64,000 nt of DNA from Octopus vulgaris (GCA_951406725.2 OX597822.1:108500001-108564000); one strand, 5' to 3'. Counted from the stretch's first letter, positions 41,697 to 55,229 are shown. Numbers and translations are program-made. Notes: generated by a model not told the origin, from the letters alone.

Positions 41697-41702
<6 letters not shown>
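41503..41702 (-). mobile_element. Fold-back hammerhead element family H2 in (TA)n
   Basis: Perfect ~63-bp arms around AAGCT (41635-41639); hammerhead core on both strands. Confidence 0.88.
41587..41641 (-). ncRNA. Type-I hammerhead ribozyme
   Basis: GGAGCTTC-CTGATGA-TTTC(TCTT)GAAT-GAAA-CAG(TTCTAGTC)CTG-TA-GAAGCTCC: 8-bp helix I, GUA site. Confidence 0.8.
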
Positions 41703-41749
<47 letters not shown>

Positions 41750-42032
41750 ACTATAGCTATAAACAGATCCATATATATGCAGAAATTTACTCACGCATAC
41801 CTAGAAATTCACCCATACAGAGCATAGTCAAATAGTCTTGTATTTTAGAATAATAAGATTTTAAAAGTTCATTATTATATACATATATAGTTGAGGTCAA
41901 TTCCGTTAGGAACCTATTAGAGTACAAAGTAGAGCTCATTCATCATTAGAATTACGAAATAGACGGCAGTATCGAAACGTGTTGTGTTTATTAAATAGCT
42001 GTCAAAACATATTCATTCTTCACTCTGTTTAA

Positions 42033-42106
<74 letters not shown>

Positions 42107-42107
<1 letters not shown>

Positions 42108-42400
42108 GTGGTGCAATGGCCCAGTGGTTAGGGCAGCGGGCTCACGGACGTAGTATCGCAGTATCAATTCTCAGCCACGGCACTGTCAGTGTTTATTGAG
42201 CGAAAACACAAAAAAGTTCCACGAGGTTCCGGCAAGGGGTGGTGGCGAACCCTGCTGTACTCATTCATGCAACATTCTCTCACCCTGTCTGTGTCACGCT
42301 GAATCTCCCCGAGAACTATGATAACTGTACACGTATCTGTGGACTGCTAAGACACTGGAACGTTAATTTCACGAGCAGGCTCTTCCGTTGATCGGATCAA
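42107..42400 (+). mobile_element. tRNA-headed SINE family D
   Basis: ggtgcaatggcccagtggttagggcagc head; tail shared with 28468-28769. Confidence 0.75.
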
Positions 42401-42603
42401 TATGTTTTATTTGTACAGAGATGATTGAATAATGAAATATTATTTTAGACAAAATCATTGAATCTTTAATATTTTCAATACTACGGACTCTTTATTTATT
42501 ATACCATTTCTTTCTTTACAAAATTTTTACCGCCTTTCTATGAAGTAGCGTAGTTTATCATTCAAAAAGATATCGAATATTTTTATTTCTGATTTGGATT
42601 TGC

Positions 42604-43180
42604 CAGCTGTCAGAATTGTTAGCACGCTGGACGAAATGCTTTGCGGTATTTCGTCTGCTGCTACGTTCTGAGTTCAAATTCCACCAGGTGAACTTGGCCT
42701 TTCATCCTTTCGGGGTCGATTAAATAAGTACCAGATACGCAGTGGGGTCGATATAATCGACTTGTTCCGTTTGTCTGTCCTTCTTTGTCCTCTCTGTGTT
42801 TAGCCCCTTGTAGGTCATAAAGAAATAGGTATTTCCTCTGCCGCTACGTTCTGAGTTCAAATTCCGCAGAGCTCGAGTTTACTTTTCATTCTTTCGGGAT
42901 CGATTAAATAAGTACCAGTTACGCACTGGAGTCGATATAATCGACTTAATCCGTTTGTCTGTCCTTGTTTGTACTCTCTGTGTTTAGCCCCTTGAGGGTA
43001 GTAAAGAAATAATTATTTCGCCCTTCGTTACGTTCTGAATTCAAATTCCGTCGAGTTCGACTTTGCCCACCATCATTTCATGGTCGATAAATTAAGTACC
43101 AGTGAAACACTGGGGTCGATGAAATCGATTAGTCCCCTCCCCAATATAAAACTCCTTGTCCATATAGTAGAGAGGAATAT
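42604..43180 (+). mobile_element. Head-to-tail triplet of SINE family A
   Basis: Units restart at ~42828 (ggtatttcctctgccgctacg) and ~43014 (tatttcgcccttcgttacg). Confidence 0.85.
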
Positions 43181-43678
43181 TTTATCGCAGTTGAAAAAAT
43201 AGGTACATGTTGAGAAACGTGATCGTTATGATCTACTTGTCCCATTCTCTTGAAGCTTAAGGACTTGTGTCTCTAGCAGAAATCATCATGAACATTATCA
43301 TTTACCATCATCATCATATATCATCAGAAGTATTATTATTGTGTGAGAGACCAGCGCACGACATTAATATGACAATAGTTTACACATACGACACCAGATG
43401 TACCCATCCTGATTACTCATCTTTTAAGGCTACATCGGGCACATGCATCACAAACATATGTGCGTAACACGATGATCTTATATCGAGAGAAACATTATGT
43501 GACTTTACGCCCATAATTTTATTCATACCAAGAAGCCCATCCTGCTCAAAATGTTCTGAATAAGAGGTCTTTAAGGACAATAAACAAAACTCCGATGGTT
43601 CCACAGCTGAATTATTAAAACCCCCAATAAATCCCACTGAACACATGGCTATGGCGTTTCCCCACTGTCTCTATACGC

Positions 43679-43971
<293 letters not shown>

Positions 43972-43973
43972 AT

Positions 43974-44114
43974 TGCAGCGTGGAAGGTGTGTATACGCCA
44001 TTGAATAAACACACGAAAACCGCTAGATTCACTTCAACATTTAAATTTAATTTGTCAATATATTTTCATCGCTTTGAGACCGCGACCTGTTGACTGACAA
44101 AACTTCGTGCTGCA
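43974..44114 (-). mobile_element. 141-bp element in (TA)n with short inverted ends and hammerhead-shaped junction
   Basis: Ends tgcagcgtggaag / cttcgtgctgca; minus strand TTTGTCA-GTCAACAG-GTCGC..GCGAT-GAAA-ATATAT-TGACAAA (44051-44101). Confidence 0.6.
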
Positions 44115-44136
44115 TATATATATATATATATTTATA

Positions 44137-44226
<90 letters not shown>

Positions 44227-45225
44227 CATATATATACATATACATATGTACACTATAGTACAATCTTCTCAGTTGTACATCGATACGAATTAGCATATAC
44301 TTAACTTTACAAAATATCTTGCATCTTTAATTATATTTTCTTACGTAAACTCGTGAACTCATTAGACAAAATTTAACGTCACAGAAACTAAACATACTTT
44401 CATTTCGTATTCTTCTAATTTCTCTTTCTTGTAAATCTAATTTTAATGATTTCCTATTTTACATGCATACACACAAGTGCAAATTCGCTCAAACATGCAT
44501 ACACTAATGCACCCACAAACACACCCTGACAAACAAGCTTTTACGAACATACATTCAAACCCAAATTATCAGTCGTAAATATTAGTACTATTGCCATTCA
44601 ATTATACAGAAAAAATATCTGAGATTGCCCCCAGTATTCTGTTTTCAATTATAATTTTGTTATAACTTCAATCTATTAACAGTTTGATTTTTCTTTTAAT
44701 TATCATCCCCTATGCACCGACACAAACACAGTCAAACAAATACAACCACAAGCACATTCACAGACAAGTTAACATTGCATTTAGTCAATCCTCAGGAAAT
44801 TATTTAAATCTGATTTCAAGAAAAAATATTTGAGATGTGATTCAAAATCTTAACACGTTTGAATGATGATCACAGAAAGTGAGGGTTAAACTTGAACATA
44901 TAAACAAACGCAAGCAATTCGATAATCAAAATAACAAATGCAAGACATGTAAACGTCACGAAAAATTCCAATTTCTCAATAATTCAACAAAATAAATCAA
45001 AGAGAAAAGAATATGACCACAAAATTAACGCCCTGAAGAAAACAAAAATAAATATCTCCTACTCCATACACACTCCATTGGTAAACACTACGACTACGAA
45101 ACAGATTTTCACTTTCTTAATTCTATAGCTTAAGATGGAGGAACAACGGGGAGGGTTCAATTTCATCAAAATAGATTAAATGCAAACACACACACCCGCA
45201 CACACGCACACACACACACACACAG

Positions 45226-45264
<39 letters not shown>

Positions 45265-45267
<3 letters not shown>

Positions 45268-45495
45268 TTCTTTATTGCCCACGAGGGGCTAAACACAGAG
45301 GGGACAAACAAGGACAGACAAAGGGATTAAATCGATTACATCGACCCCAGTGCGTAACTGGTACTTAATTTATCGACCCCGATAGGATGAAAGGCAAAGT
45401 CGACCTCGGCGGAATTTGAACTCAGAACGTAACGGCAGACGAAATACGGCTACGCATTTCGCCCGGCGTGGTAACTTTTCTGCCAGCTCGCCGCC
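45265..45495 (-). mobile_element. SINE family A
   Basis: Near-consensus full copy. Confidence 0.92.
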
Positions 45496-46622
45496 TTCAA
45501 AGTGAGATAGGGGTTGTGAGTGTATCCCACTATGGGATAACATTTATCCAATATACTGCCAGTAAAGTACCCAGAAATGCTAATACATAAATGCTAAGAA
45601 TTGCAATGCAATTAATTCGTTTATTGTATTATATGGGCGGAGGTAAAATGTTTTACCTCTAGCTGCTTTGTCGTATACGAGCAATGTCATTGCTAGAAAG
45701 AATCACTGAAATGAGTTATTGTTGGCGTAATGTGAAGCCCTTGTATCACTCTTGAGCACGGTGGAAGTTTGGCATATTCTATCACACTGGTGCCTCGAAT
45801 ATGAAGTGCAATTCATCTGGGAAAAACTTACATTTATGAATATACAGAACATGACCTCAACAATGAGAAAATAAACAATAAGGAAACATTTGTTTCAGTC
45901 AATGCTAGGGCTCTGCCCCCAGGTGTCGATCACATCGACACCTGCAATTACCTTTTTAGAAACCTGCAAATGCTACTACCATTACTCTTGCCTATCTTAC
46001 GACAACTGGACACATGCCAGAGGAAAAAAGAAATGTATATAACTAATGGTCTGTCAAAGAAAGAGCTCTAAAATTAAGATCGTTAATGCCATTCCAGTGC
46101 ACTGTTTAGAACTGGGAAATTATGGTTTTACTGGGTACATTGTTTGGTCAGCCAATCTACGACAGAAACAAATTCTTGATGTGTTTTTTTTTTCCAGAGA
46201 CCTTAATGGCTAGCATCTTACTAACTACATATGCACCAGTAAAAACCTAAATAAAATTTAAACTTAATACACCTCAATTTAGGATTGAGAAGGGAAAGTG
46301 CGTATAGTTGTGGAAATCATGTTAACATGAAGCTGAAGTTCTTTGAAAAAGAAATCACTTATCCTAAACTATTGAGGAATCTACAGCTATTCTACCCAGA
46401 TTACAAGTTCAGGTTTATAATTTTAATTATTGGACCACTGGGCTATGTAACACAGAGTTAAACGTAAATTCGTATTCTCATGTTTCCATGTAGTGAGATC
46501 GAATTCTTCTTGGAAATTACGTCGAGTTTAGACACAGAAATGCAAGACCAATTTTATCACAAGATTACTAAGCTAGTCACACAGTAAATCTTTGAAAATG
46601 TTACTTATTTGTAGGAAGTAGT

Positions 46623-46703
46623 GACACCTGTCGATCGAATAGACACCTGTCGATCGAATAGACACCTGTCGATCGAATAGACACCTGTCGATCGAATAGA
46701 CAC
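46623..46703. repeat. Perfect tandem repeat of a 19-bp unit (GACACCTGTCGATCGAATA) x4.3
   Basis: Four identical units plus GACAC; no spacers. Confidence 0.95.
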
Positions 46704-48844
46704 AATGCCGCAAATATATTTCTATCTATACAAATACATATTAACACAGACACACACACACACACATGCATATCATTCAATTATTGTTAGACGCAACTTA
46801 ATAATTCATATATTACCGATATCACTTATTTAATGGACGCCAGTTAAAAAGCTTGTTTCTGCGGTATTCGAGTAAGGGAGATTCCTTTAAGGACGTATAG
46901 TGTTTTTTTAATATTTTTTGAGGTGCCTAACTAAGACCAATCCCCACAGCTGTAAACTGTGCGTATTTATGTACGTGCAAACAATTCTTCTTATTCTCCT
47001 TCACACGGATGTATGAAGGTATCCACTCGGTTTACCAGAACTTTCTTCCATAACATAATTTCATGTTAATTAATTTATACTAACTATATGGCATTAATTT
47101 AAAAGCTAAATGAGAGCAACTCTCATAATTTTACACGCTAATTTCGAAGTGTGATTTAAATGGGGGCCACGGTTCACGTTTAATTTATCTACTAGCACGA
47201 TGATATTTAAGTATATGGTTTAGCGAACATTTTTCGGCAACGTATTTCTCAAATATAATCCAGTTTGATTTTACCGATATGGAACAATGCCATTTCAATT
47301 AAATAATTGGTCGACTGGCATCAATAATAAGATGAAATTTAAATTCAACGTGATTGATATAATCGCTTAATACTCTTCAATTCCCCAACCTTTGCCTTAG
47401 AAAATATTCGGCTTTGCTTGCAAAGGCATCACCATTTCTGTATCAGCAATTAAAATTGTTATACAGGGAAATTGGCAAATATTATCATTTGAAAACCTGT
47501 GCGTAAAAAAAGGGTAATTCCTTCATTGATTTTAGCATGATATGAAATGAATTGGTGAAAACGTAGGAATTAATCTACTGGTAATGTTTGCGAATCGGGC
47601 TCTGTGAAGATAAGGGCCTCATATTACTAACGCGAATTATAAACAAAAATATTGATTTCAGAAAATAACCCAATTATTTCATTTAATGAGTTGATCTTGT
47701 AATTGTAGTCAACAATTATCTAAAGATTAATTAATTTTGTTGACACCAGATTAAACTAAGATAATTGCCAATATTACACCTACAAAGCATGTACAAAAGA
47801 ATTGTTGTCTTCTTACATCAATCTCCACACATATTGAGCATATTGCTTCTTTCTTTAATAATGTAAGTGAAACACTATTGTGGATCGGGCTTTGGGGTAA
47901 ATTATTTATATAAAAAATCTCTTCTAATGACACAGCAAGAATTAGCGAAAAAGAAACAGAATATAGAATATTACGGATTTTTCATTTTCAACGGCAGATC
48001 GAGAAATTAATTTTTTGTAACTAAACACTTTCAATCTTCGGACACTGGGAGACTGTGTCATATAAAACATCTTTTAACTTTAGTGCTGCTGAAAACATTT
48101 TTAATTTCAAAGCTATTTCGAGTTGAAATTGTCGTATTTCTGTAATTTCAACCCATGTATATTTTACGTTGTCGTCACGTTTTCAGCAATACAATAAAAT
48201 GCATTTATTCGACTAACTTACTTTAAATTGTTGTTTAATATAAAGTTTAAAATACACAATAACATGGCTAACGCTATTGCTATTATAATACCAGCTGCTT
48301 TCGTTTAAATGTTAGGTACGTACATGATATACACTATAAACTATTCTGCTAATTGATTGAAAGGAAACTGGAAGGCTTACACAATTGTATATCGGTTTCA
48401 GACAAAGCATTTTAAACTGTGTCTGTGGGATGCAGTAGATAAAGTGCAACATTCCAGAAATTCAGGGAGCCACAAACAACACACACACACAGACACACAC
48501 AAACACGCATACACACACACAAAATATATATTTAGTATGTAAGACATAAGCATCACTATACTGAAAAATTATAGCGGAGTGTAAAACAACGTTTCATCAA
48601 CCTAGTTGTTTGTCATAACTTAATGGTGTATCTACATAGGAGAACTCCAAATTGTATTCTGTAATGACAAACTTCTGAAGAAAAAATGTCACATTATATC
48701 ATTTGGCATACAACGGCTAGGTAAATTGCAAAACACTTATTCAATCATATAATTACAAGATTTGTATTTGCTATATGATTAAGTAGTCGTTGCCGTTGCT
48801 CAACGCATCATTTCCTTACGTACATTTATTAACGTTATAATATA

Positions 48845-49072
48845 TATTTCTTTACCACCCACAAGGGGCCAAACAAAGAGGGGATATACAAAGACAGACA
48901 TAGGTATTAAGTCGATTACATCGACCCCAGTGCGTAACTGGTACTTAATTTATCGACCCCGAAAGGATGAAAGGGAAAGTCGACCTCGGCGGAATTTGAA
49001 CTCAGAACGTAACGGCAGACGAAATACGGCTACGCATTTTGCCCGGCGTGCTAACGTTTCTGCCAGCTCGCC
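48845..49072 (-). mobile_element. SINE family A with probable TSD
   Basis: taacgttataatatat (48830) / taacattataatatat (49073). Confidence 0.9.
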
Positions 49073-49193
49073 TAACATTATAATATATGCTTATGTTACA
49101 CCAATCCATTCATTAGAATATAACATTCTTTAATTATTTTATCTCACAAAACACATCAATTTATTCTGCCATCGATTTCAATTTATCTCACTC

Positions 49194-49264
<71 letters not shown>

Positions 49265-49290
49265 GTGTGTGTGTGTGTGTGTGTGTGTAC

Positions 49291-49637
49291 GTTCAGCAAA
49301 ATTTAGAATCAAATGAATATGGTACTTAAGTTAGATGCACCAGAATTTTGTTTGGTGTTATCCATATGAAACCATGGGGTGATTATAATTAAAATAAGCA
49401 ACAAGAATATCTTCGGTAATTTGGTACAATCGTTTCACGCTACATCATTTTTCATGTTAATTGGAACATGAAAATAAGTGTGAAAATAAGTATATGTATT
49501 GATGGAAAACCTCTATACATGGCTGATGATTGCTCAACATTTTAAAACTGTTGTAATACTTACAATGTTTAAAAAAATGATGTAGCGTGAAACGATCGTA
49601 CCAAATTAGCGAAAATATTTTTGTTGCTTATTTTGAT

Positions 49638-49640
<3 letters not shown>
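49291..49640 (-). mobile_element. Fold-back hammerhead element family H1
   Basis: Inverted arms ~49384-49452 / ~49573-49640; plus-strand motif TGG-CTGATGA-TTGCT..AGCGT-GAAA-CGATCG-TA-CCA at 49520-49603; homologous to 4800-5186. Confidence 0.85.
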
Positions 49641-49672
<32 letters not shown>

Positions 49673-49694
49673 GTGCAAGTATCTGTATATATAT

Positions 49695-49740
<46 letters not shown>

Positions 49741-51394
49741 TCCTTTAAACTAGTTGTTAAAGGATGATCAAAGTTCATTCCTTCTGTGATGCACAGAATT
49801 TATACGAGAAATTGTAAAAGCTATAGATACTTTCCATCTAATAATTTTTGAACCTACTCTTTAAAAAATATATATATGTTTACTTCTAATAAGTAATGCT
49901 GCCACTATTCTGCAATTCCATCAATGCTTCTGACATCAAACTTATGCGCATACATACATCTATATAGACACACTTACACCATTTAGATACAAACACACAT
50001 ATTATATTCTTGTTGAAATGTAATTAATTCGTGAAGTTAGAAATATTGTCTTATTGCCCGCTTCGAAGCAAATACGAAATAATCATATGAATTTAAAATT
50101 AAACCTCATATATTTGGTCCTCAATTGTATCCATGATTTTTCTTGAGTTACATTACTGAAATCATTTGAATATATAAAGAACCTATATAGGTGATGAACT
50201 GGAGAAGTTACATAAACGTCTGTATACAAGGAAAGATGATACATTGATACTATCATTCAAATTGTTACACGCAAAAACAAATATAAATAAGGTAAGAGAA
50301 AAATTATTGGCTCAGCTAAATGTCTCTATGAATTACCAGCCAGTAAACAATATTACTGAGAAACTTATGTCTAGTTTACAAAGCACCGTTCGAAACTTCT
50401 GACCAACTGTCATGCATACAAACAGTGGAACAGCAAAGGAGACCTGAATACATACGAGCAAAGTGGATTTAAAAACAAGAAGATTTTTTTAGCACTCTGA
50501 TACATATATTTCACTTCTAAAACAGAGGCCTGTAGTACATCTGATATCGAATATAACGACGTGTGTTTATACAAGCTTTTCATTACATACTCACTGAAAA
50601 TAGTTATATATTTTTCAGTTCTTAATAATACGAAGCATGTTTAATTAAAAATCCTTGATCAATATTATTTAAATTTATGTGACTTTTATTACAGCTCTAT
50701 ATGAATGCGATACATTTAAGTAGAGTTTAAAATAAGATAAACACTGTGTTTCCCTGAGAATGATTTAATTTTATAGCTTAAAGCACATCATAATTTGAAA
50801 AAAACAATTTGGAACATATGGAAAAAGTAATCGGATTGATTAAAAAAATACAAAATACCTCAGAAATTATATTAGAAAATATAAGCTATGCTCTAAAAAT
50901 GTGAAGCTGCCAAATTACAATTATAGCATAAAGCAAAATTTCAGAGTTTATGATTAGGAACAACTTATTTTCATTTCCAGTTTGCCAAATTAAACAGTGA
51001 TATTAAATGATTTACGCTTCTGGGCAAATTTGATGTTACGTATATATACTTATTTATGTAATTTCAATTTTAACAGCATGACAATAAATCCGAAACACAA
51101 ATACGAGAGCCGCATATATCAGCTAATTCTTTTCAAACCACACGTAGCCTATGTTATGCAATGCGTGATAACGGATTAAGAATTCTTTACTGTTATATTA
51201 CATTGACACTAGATCTGCTTGAGAAACGAGAAGTCATAGTTATAAAACAACTACAAGTACTAGGAAAGACTATGTGATATATTAAGGACATATAGATACA
51301 GGCAATTGAAAAATGAACAATAAAATTGATAGGAAGAATAAATATTATTCTTTACTGATAATTGATATTAGTTTCAATTTTTTTGCACAGCGTA

Positions 51395-51583
51395 ATTAAG
51401 GAGATGGGGTAATTCAAATATATCAACCCCATTTCTCAACTGTAACATAATTTATCGATCCCGGAAATCTGAAAGGTAAATTCGACCATAGAGAAATTTG
51501 AAATCAGAGCGTAAAAACATTAAAGCGGAAATGCCTCTAATTATTTTGTTCGGCGTACTAACGATTCTACCAGCTCATCACCT
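51395..51583 (-). mobile_element. Degenerate SINE family A
   Basis: aatttatcgatcccggaaatctgaaaggtaaattcgacc..ctaacgattctaccagctca. Confidence 0.7.
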
Positions 51584-51586
51584 TCT

Positions 51587-51800
<214 letters not shown>

Positions 51801-51805
51801 GACGA

Positions 51806-52400
51806 TGGAACGCTCGATCCGAAAACTGATATCAGGAAGCTGTATATGAGAAGAGATCAGGGTAAAAGAGGCCTAATAGTAGTAGCAGAATGTGTACAGC
51901 TGGAGAAAAAAAAAAGCCTAGTAGTAGAGAATTTAGAGAGAATCACAGAAAAACTACCAAAGACAATGAATAAAGAACATGTATTCACACGCGTAATGTG
52001 GGAAAACGACAAGAATGATATACAAACAGCGCTCGTCGGATAGGTGGAAGAGAAACCTCTGTATGGTCAATTTTGGAGAGCCACTGAAGGTGCGTGTGGA
52101 ACAAAAAAACTGAGTTTGGTTATAAAAGGAGCGATTAAAGGAGAAATAGAATGCCTACTTGTAGCAGCCTAAGATCAAGCGATCAAAAAACAAACAAACG
52201 GAGGAAAAAATACATACGGAAAAACTGTGTTAGAAAAATTTAGAGTCTTTGGAACTTTGAAAGAGACAGCGGCACACATCGTGACAGAATGGCTAAAGCT
52301 AACACAGGGAGAGTATAACAAATGGAAGCACGACCATGTTGTAAACGTTTTACAGTGGAAAGTCTACTATAAAAGTAATGGTAAGGTGATGGTTATAAAT
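51806..52400 (+). pseudogene. R4/Dong-type (RLE) non-LTR retrotransposon fragment, post-RT region
   Basis: LDPKTDIRKLYMRRDQGKRGLIVVAECV, KPLYGQF, AA*DQA, KETAAHIVTEWLKLTQGEYNKWKHDHVVNVLQW match R4/Dong motifs (HPKADVDRLY..GGRGL; ET..HI...C..LAQ.EY..RHD). Confidence 0.82.
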
Positions 52401-53192
52401 TATCACTTGCCTTGATTCTTACCCCTAGCAACGCTGGTGCTGATGTGCACCCTTAGTCATTTTAGTGACGTTTTGTACATGTGACATTTGGTTGAAAATT
52501 GCTAGTAGCCACTTTAATGATTTATAATTATCACTTTACCATTTTACTGAATCAGCCAGTGATTCGTGCGACATATTTTATAAGCTGACAGGTCGAGTTA
52601 GCTTAACCGTAGACAACGGAGTAGCGTCACCGATGCAGATTAAGTCGATCACTGGTGCCCTCGCTTGCTGCAGAGATGTTGCCACTCTTGTCACTCTTCA
52701 TATGTACATACATTCACACACACACACACTCACACATATAAACACATGCACATTCACATACATGCATATCTATATGTGTATACAATGAAAAGAGGACGAC
52801 AAAGAATTCTTTAACACATCTTCATCTTATTTTGCAACGCCAGTTTACGCGAAAATTGTAAAATAAAAATTACATATTTGCGGGTTTAGGCATTGGGGAG
52901 ACAGTGCCTCAGACTTGCATCAAAATCATGTTATTACATTGTACATCTATGAGACATTTATGTTTAAAAAATTAAGTGTGTATGCGAGATGGGTCCCAGG
53001 GGAAGACATTGTGGGTGGGGGAAATCAAGATGGTGGATAAGCATTATGATAGGAGGGAGAAAGAGATAGGAGGAAGAAAACAAATAGAAGAAGCCAAAGA
53101 GGAGTAGAGGAAGAAGAACATGGAGAAGAAGGAGGGGAGGAGGATGAAAGGGAGAAGAGGAGATGAGCAAAAGCAGAAAACGAAGAAAAATA

Positions 53193-53380
<188 letters not shown>

Positions 53381-53483
53381 TCCGGGGGCGTGTCAGCCAG
53401 TACTGGCAGAGCCAATGTTACTTAGATTCATCCAATGCAAGATGATGTATTTAACCAGACAGAAACATTAGTCTGTGATCTAT

Positions 53484-54341
53484 TATTAGGTCATCAAGTA
53501 TGAAATGTGTAGTAAGCTATATGGTAAAAATTTGACAGCTGCTAATTTTGCTCTACTATTATACATTGACAAACTTCATTTTATGTTAGGAAGCTGAGAC
53601 ATCTTTTTCTTCATTTCAACTCATTTTGCGCTTATAAAGTATTTTGCAATTTTTGTTTTGAGATGTATACGTCGGAAATTCGTACAGTTTTGAAATATGA
53701 GTTCTTTCTTGGAAATATAGCGCCACAGACAGCTCGGAATATTAATGAAGCATTTCATTCTAACGCAGCAGACAGTATCACATTGAATTATTTTGATTTG
53801 AAAAACAATTCCGACCATGTTGTAACACAGGCCTTCCAAGATTTTATTAACTCTATTGTTGGCATCCTTCCTGTCTCGGGAGACAATGGAGTTGCGCATA
53901 AAGTAGTCTAGTCCGGCTTTTATATTTCATGTCCTGATACATTTCTTGCTGTGGCTGTGTAGTCCTATCCTGGACAAACACTCCCTCTGGCAGGTACCGC
54001 AAATGTAGCGAAGACTGTTCCTGGCTGGTTGTAATGCCATGGTCTCTTGTTGACATCTCTTCTTTTCTTTCCATTTCTCCTCTCTCTCTCTCTATCACTC
54101 CTTTGTATTCCCTCTTTTACGGTACGTCGCCATTCTCCACGGTTGTCGGCAACTGCCTCCCAACCGCTAATATTGATGTTGCAGGCTTTTACAGTTCTGA
54201 GCTGGACAAGATACTTCTGAAATGGTAAAATTGTATTGACAATATGGCTGCATACTTTGATGAATAAAATTATTCCTAGTATTTTAAAAACATATGCAAA
54301 CTATTATCTTTTCTACAAATTTCATACTTGACGACTTAATA
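53484..54341 (+). mobile_element. Internally deleted mariner element interrupted by an RTE insertion
   Basis: TA-flanked TIRs ttaggtcatcaagtatgaaatgtgtag / ctacaaatttcatacttgacgacttaa; N-terminal EIRTVLKYEF..QTARNINEAF fused to C-terminal VVTQAFQDFINS|GFYSSELDKILLKW*NCIDNMAAYFDE. Confidence 0.88.
53857..54180 (-). pseudogene. RTE-clade LINE 3' end
   Basis: NINISGWEAVADNRGEWRRTVKEG..YICGTCQRECLSRIGLHSHSKKC*; RTE-type 3' UTR ctccattgtctcccgagacaggaaggatgccaaca. Confidence 0.88.
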
Positions 54342-54996
54342 GAAAACTAAACAAGTATCCGGAGTCAAAGGATGAGCATGTTAAGGATGTATATTGTATA
54401 TATTGTAAGTGGACCTAAATATATGATCTTAAAATTTTTCGGCACTGGGAAAAAGATTCATGTAGGAATTGTAGAACTCGAACTTACATACACAAATGTA
54501 CACGTAGATACACACCAACACACAGACACTCACGTACATACAGGCACCCACATACACACGTGTAAAAGTACAGGCATAAAAAATACACACATACATGTAC
54601 ATATGCACATGCATGAACACACCCATAGACATACATGTATACATGTATACATATACGAGTACATACACACACATATACATACATACATATATATATATAT
54701 ATCAATACACACATATCATTATATATAAGTATATCTCTATATATGTATATACATATATTGAGAAAAACAGTCAGAATTTTGGAGAAAATCCTTTTCTATC
54801 TTCATTATTATTATTAGCGCTTTCGTTCTTTTCGAGAACTTGTCAAATAAAATTGTGAGTGTACAAACAAGTTGTTATATAAAACAGAGGATTGGCGGGG
54901 TGGGGGAGGTTAGAAGAGACTATTGCTTTTGTTTTTTTATGGGTGAGGATAGATAGATATATAGATACATAGATGGATAGATAGATAGATAGATAT

Positions 54997-55033
<37 letters not shown>

Positions 55034-55229
55034 CAGGCAGATGGACAGATAGCTAGAGGGGAAGACAGAGAGAGAAGGGTATCTACCTTCCTAGTCACCA
55101 TTCATTCGTTTATCCATATACCTTGTCCTTTACCATTGTAATAAATAAATAAGTGAGATCTACTGCATTTTCACGCAAGATCGATTTTGAAACTGAATTC
55201 CACTCGCCTATCAATGTATCAATTTGTTG

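Noticed and set aside
46623-46703. CRISPR-like repeat
   Set aside because: Units are contiguous with no spacers, no cas genes, and the context is eukaryotic.
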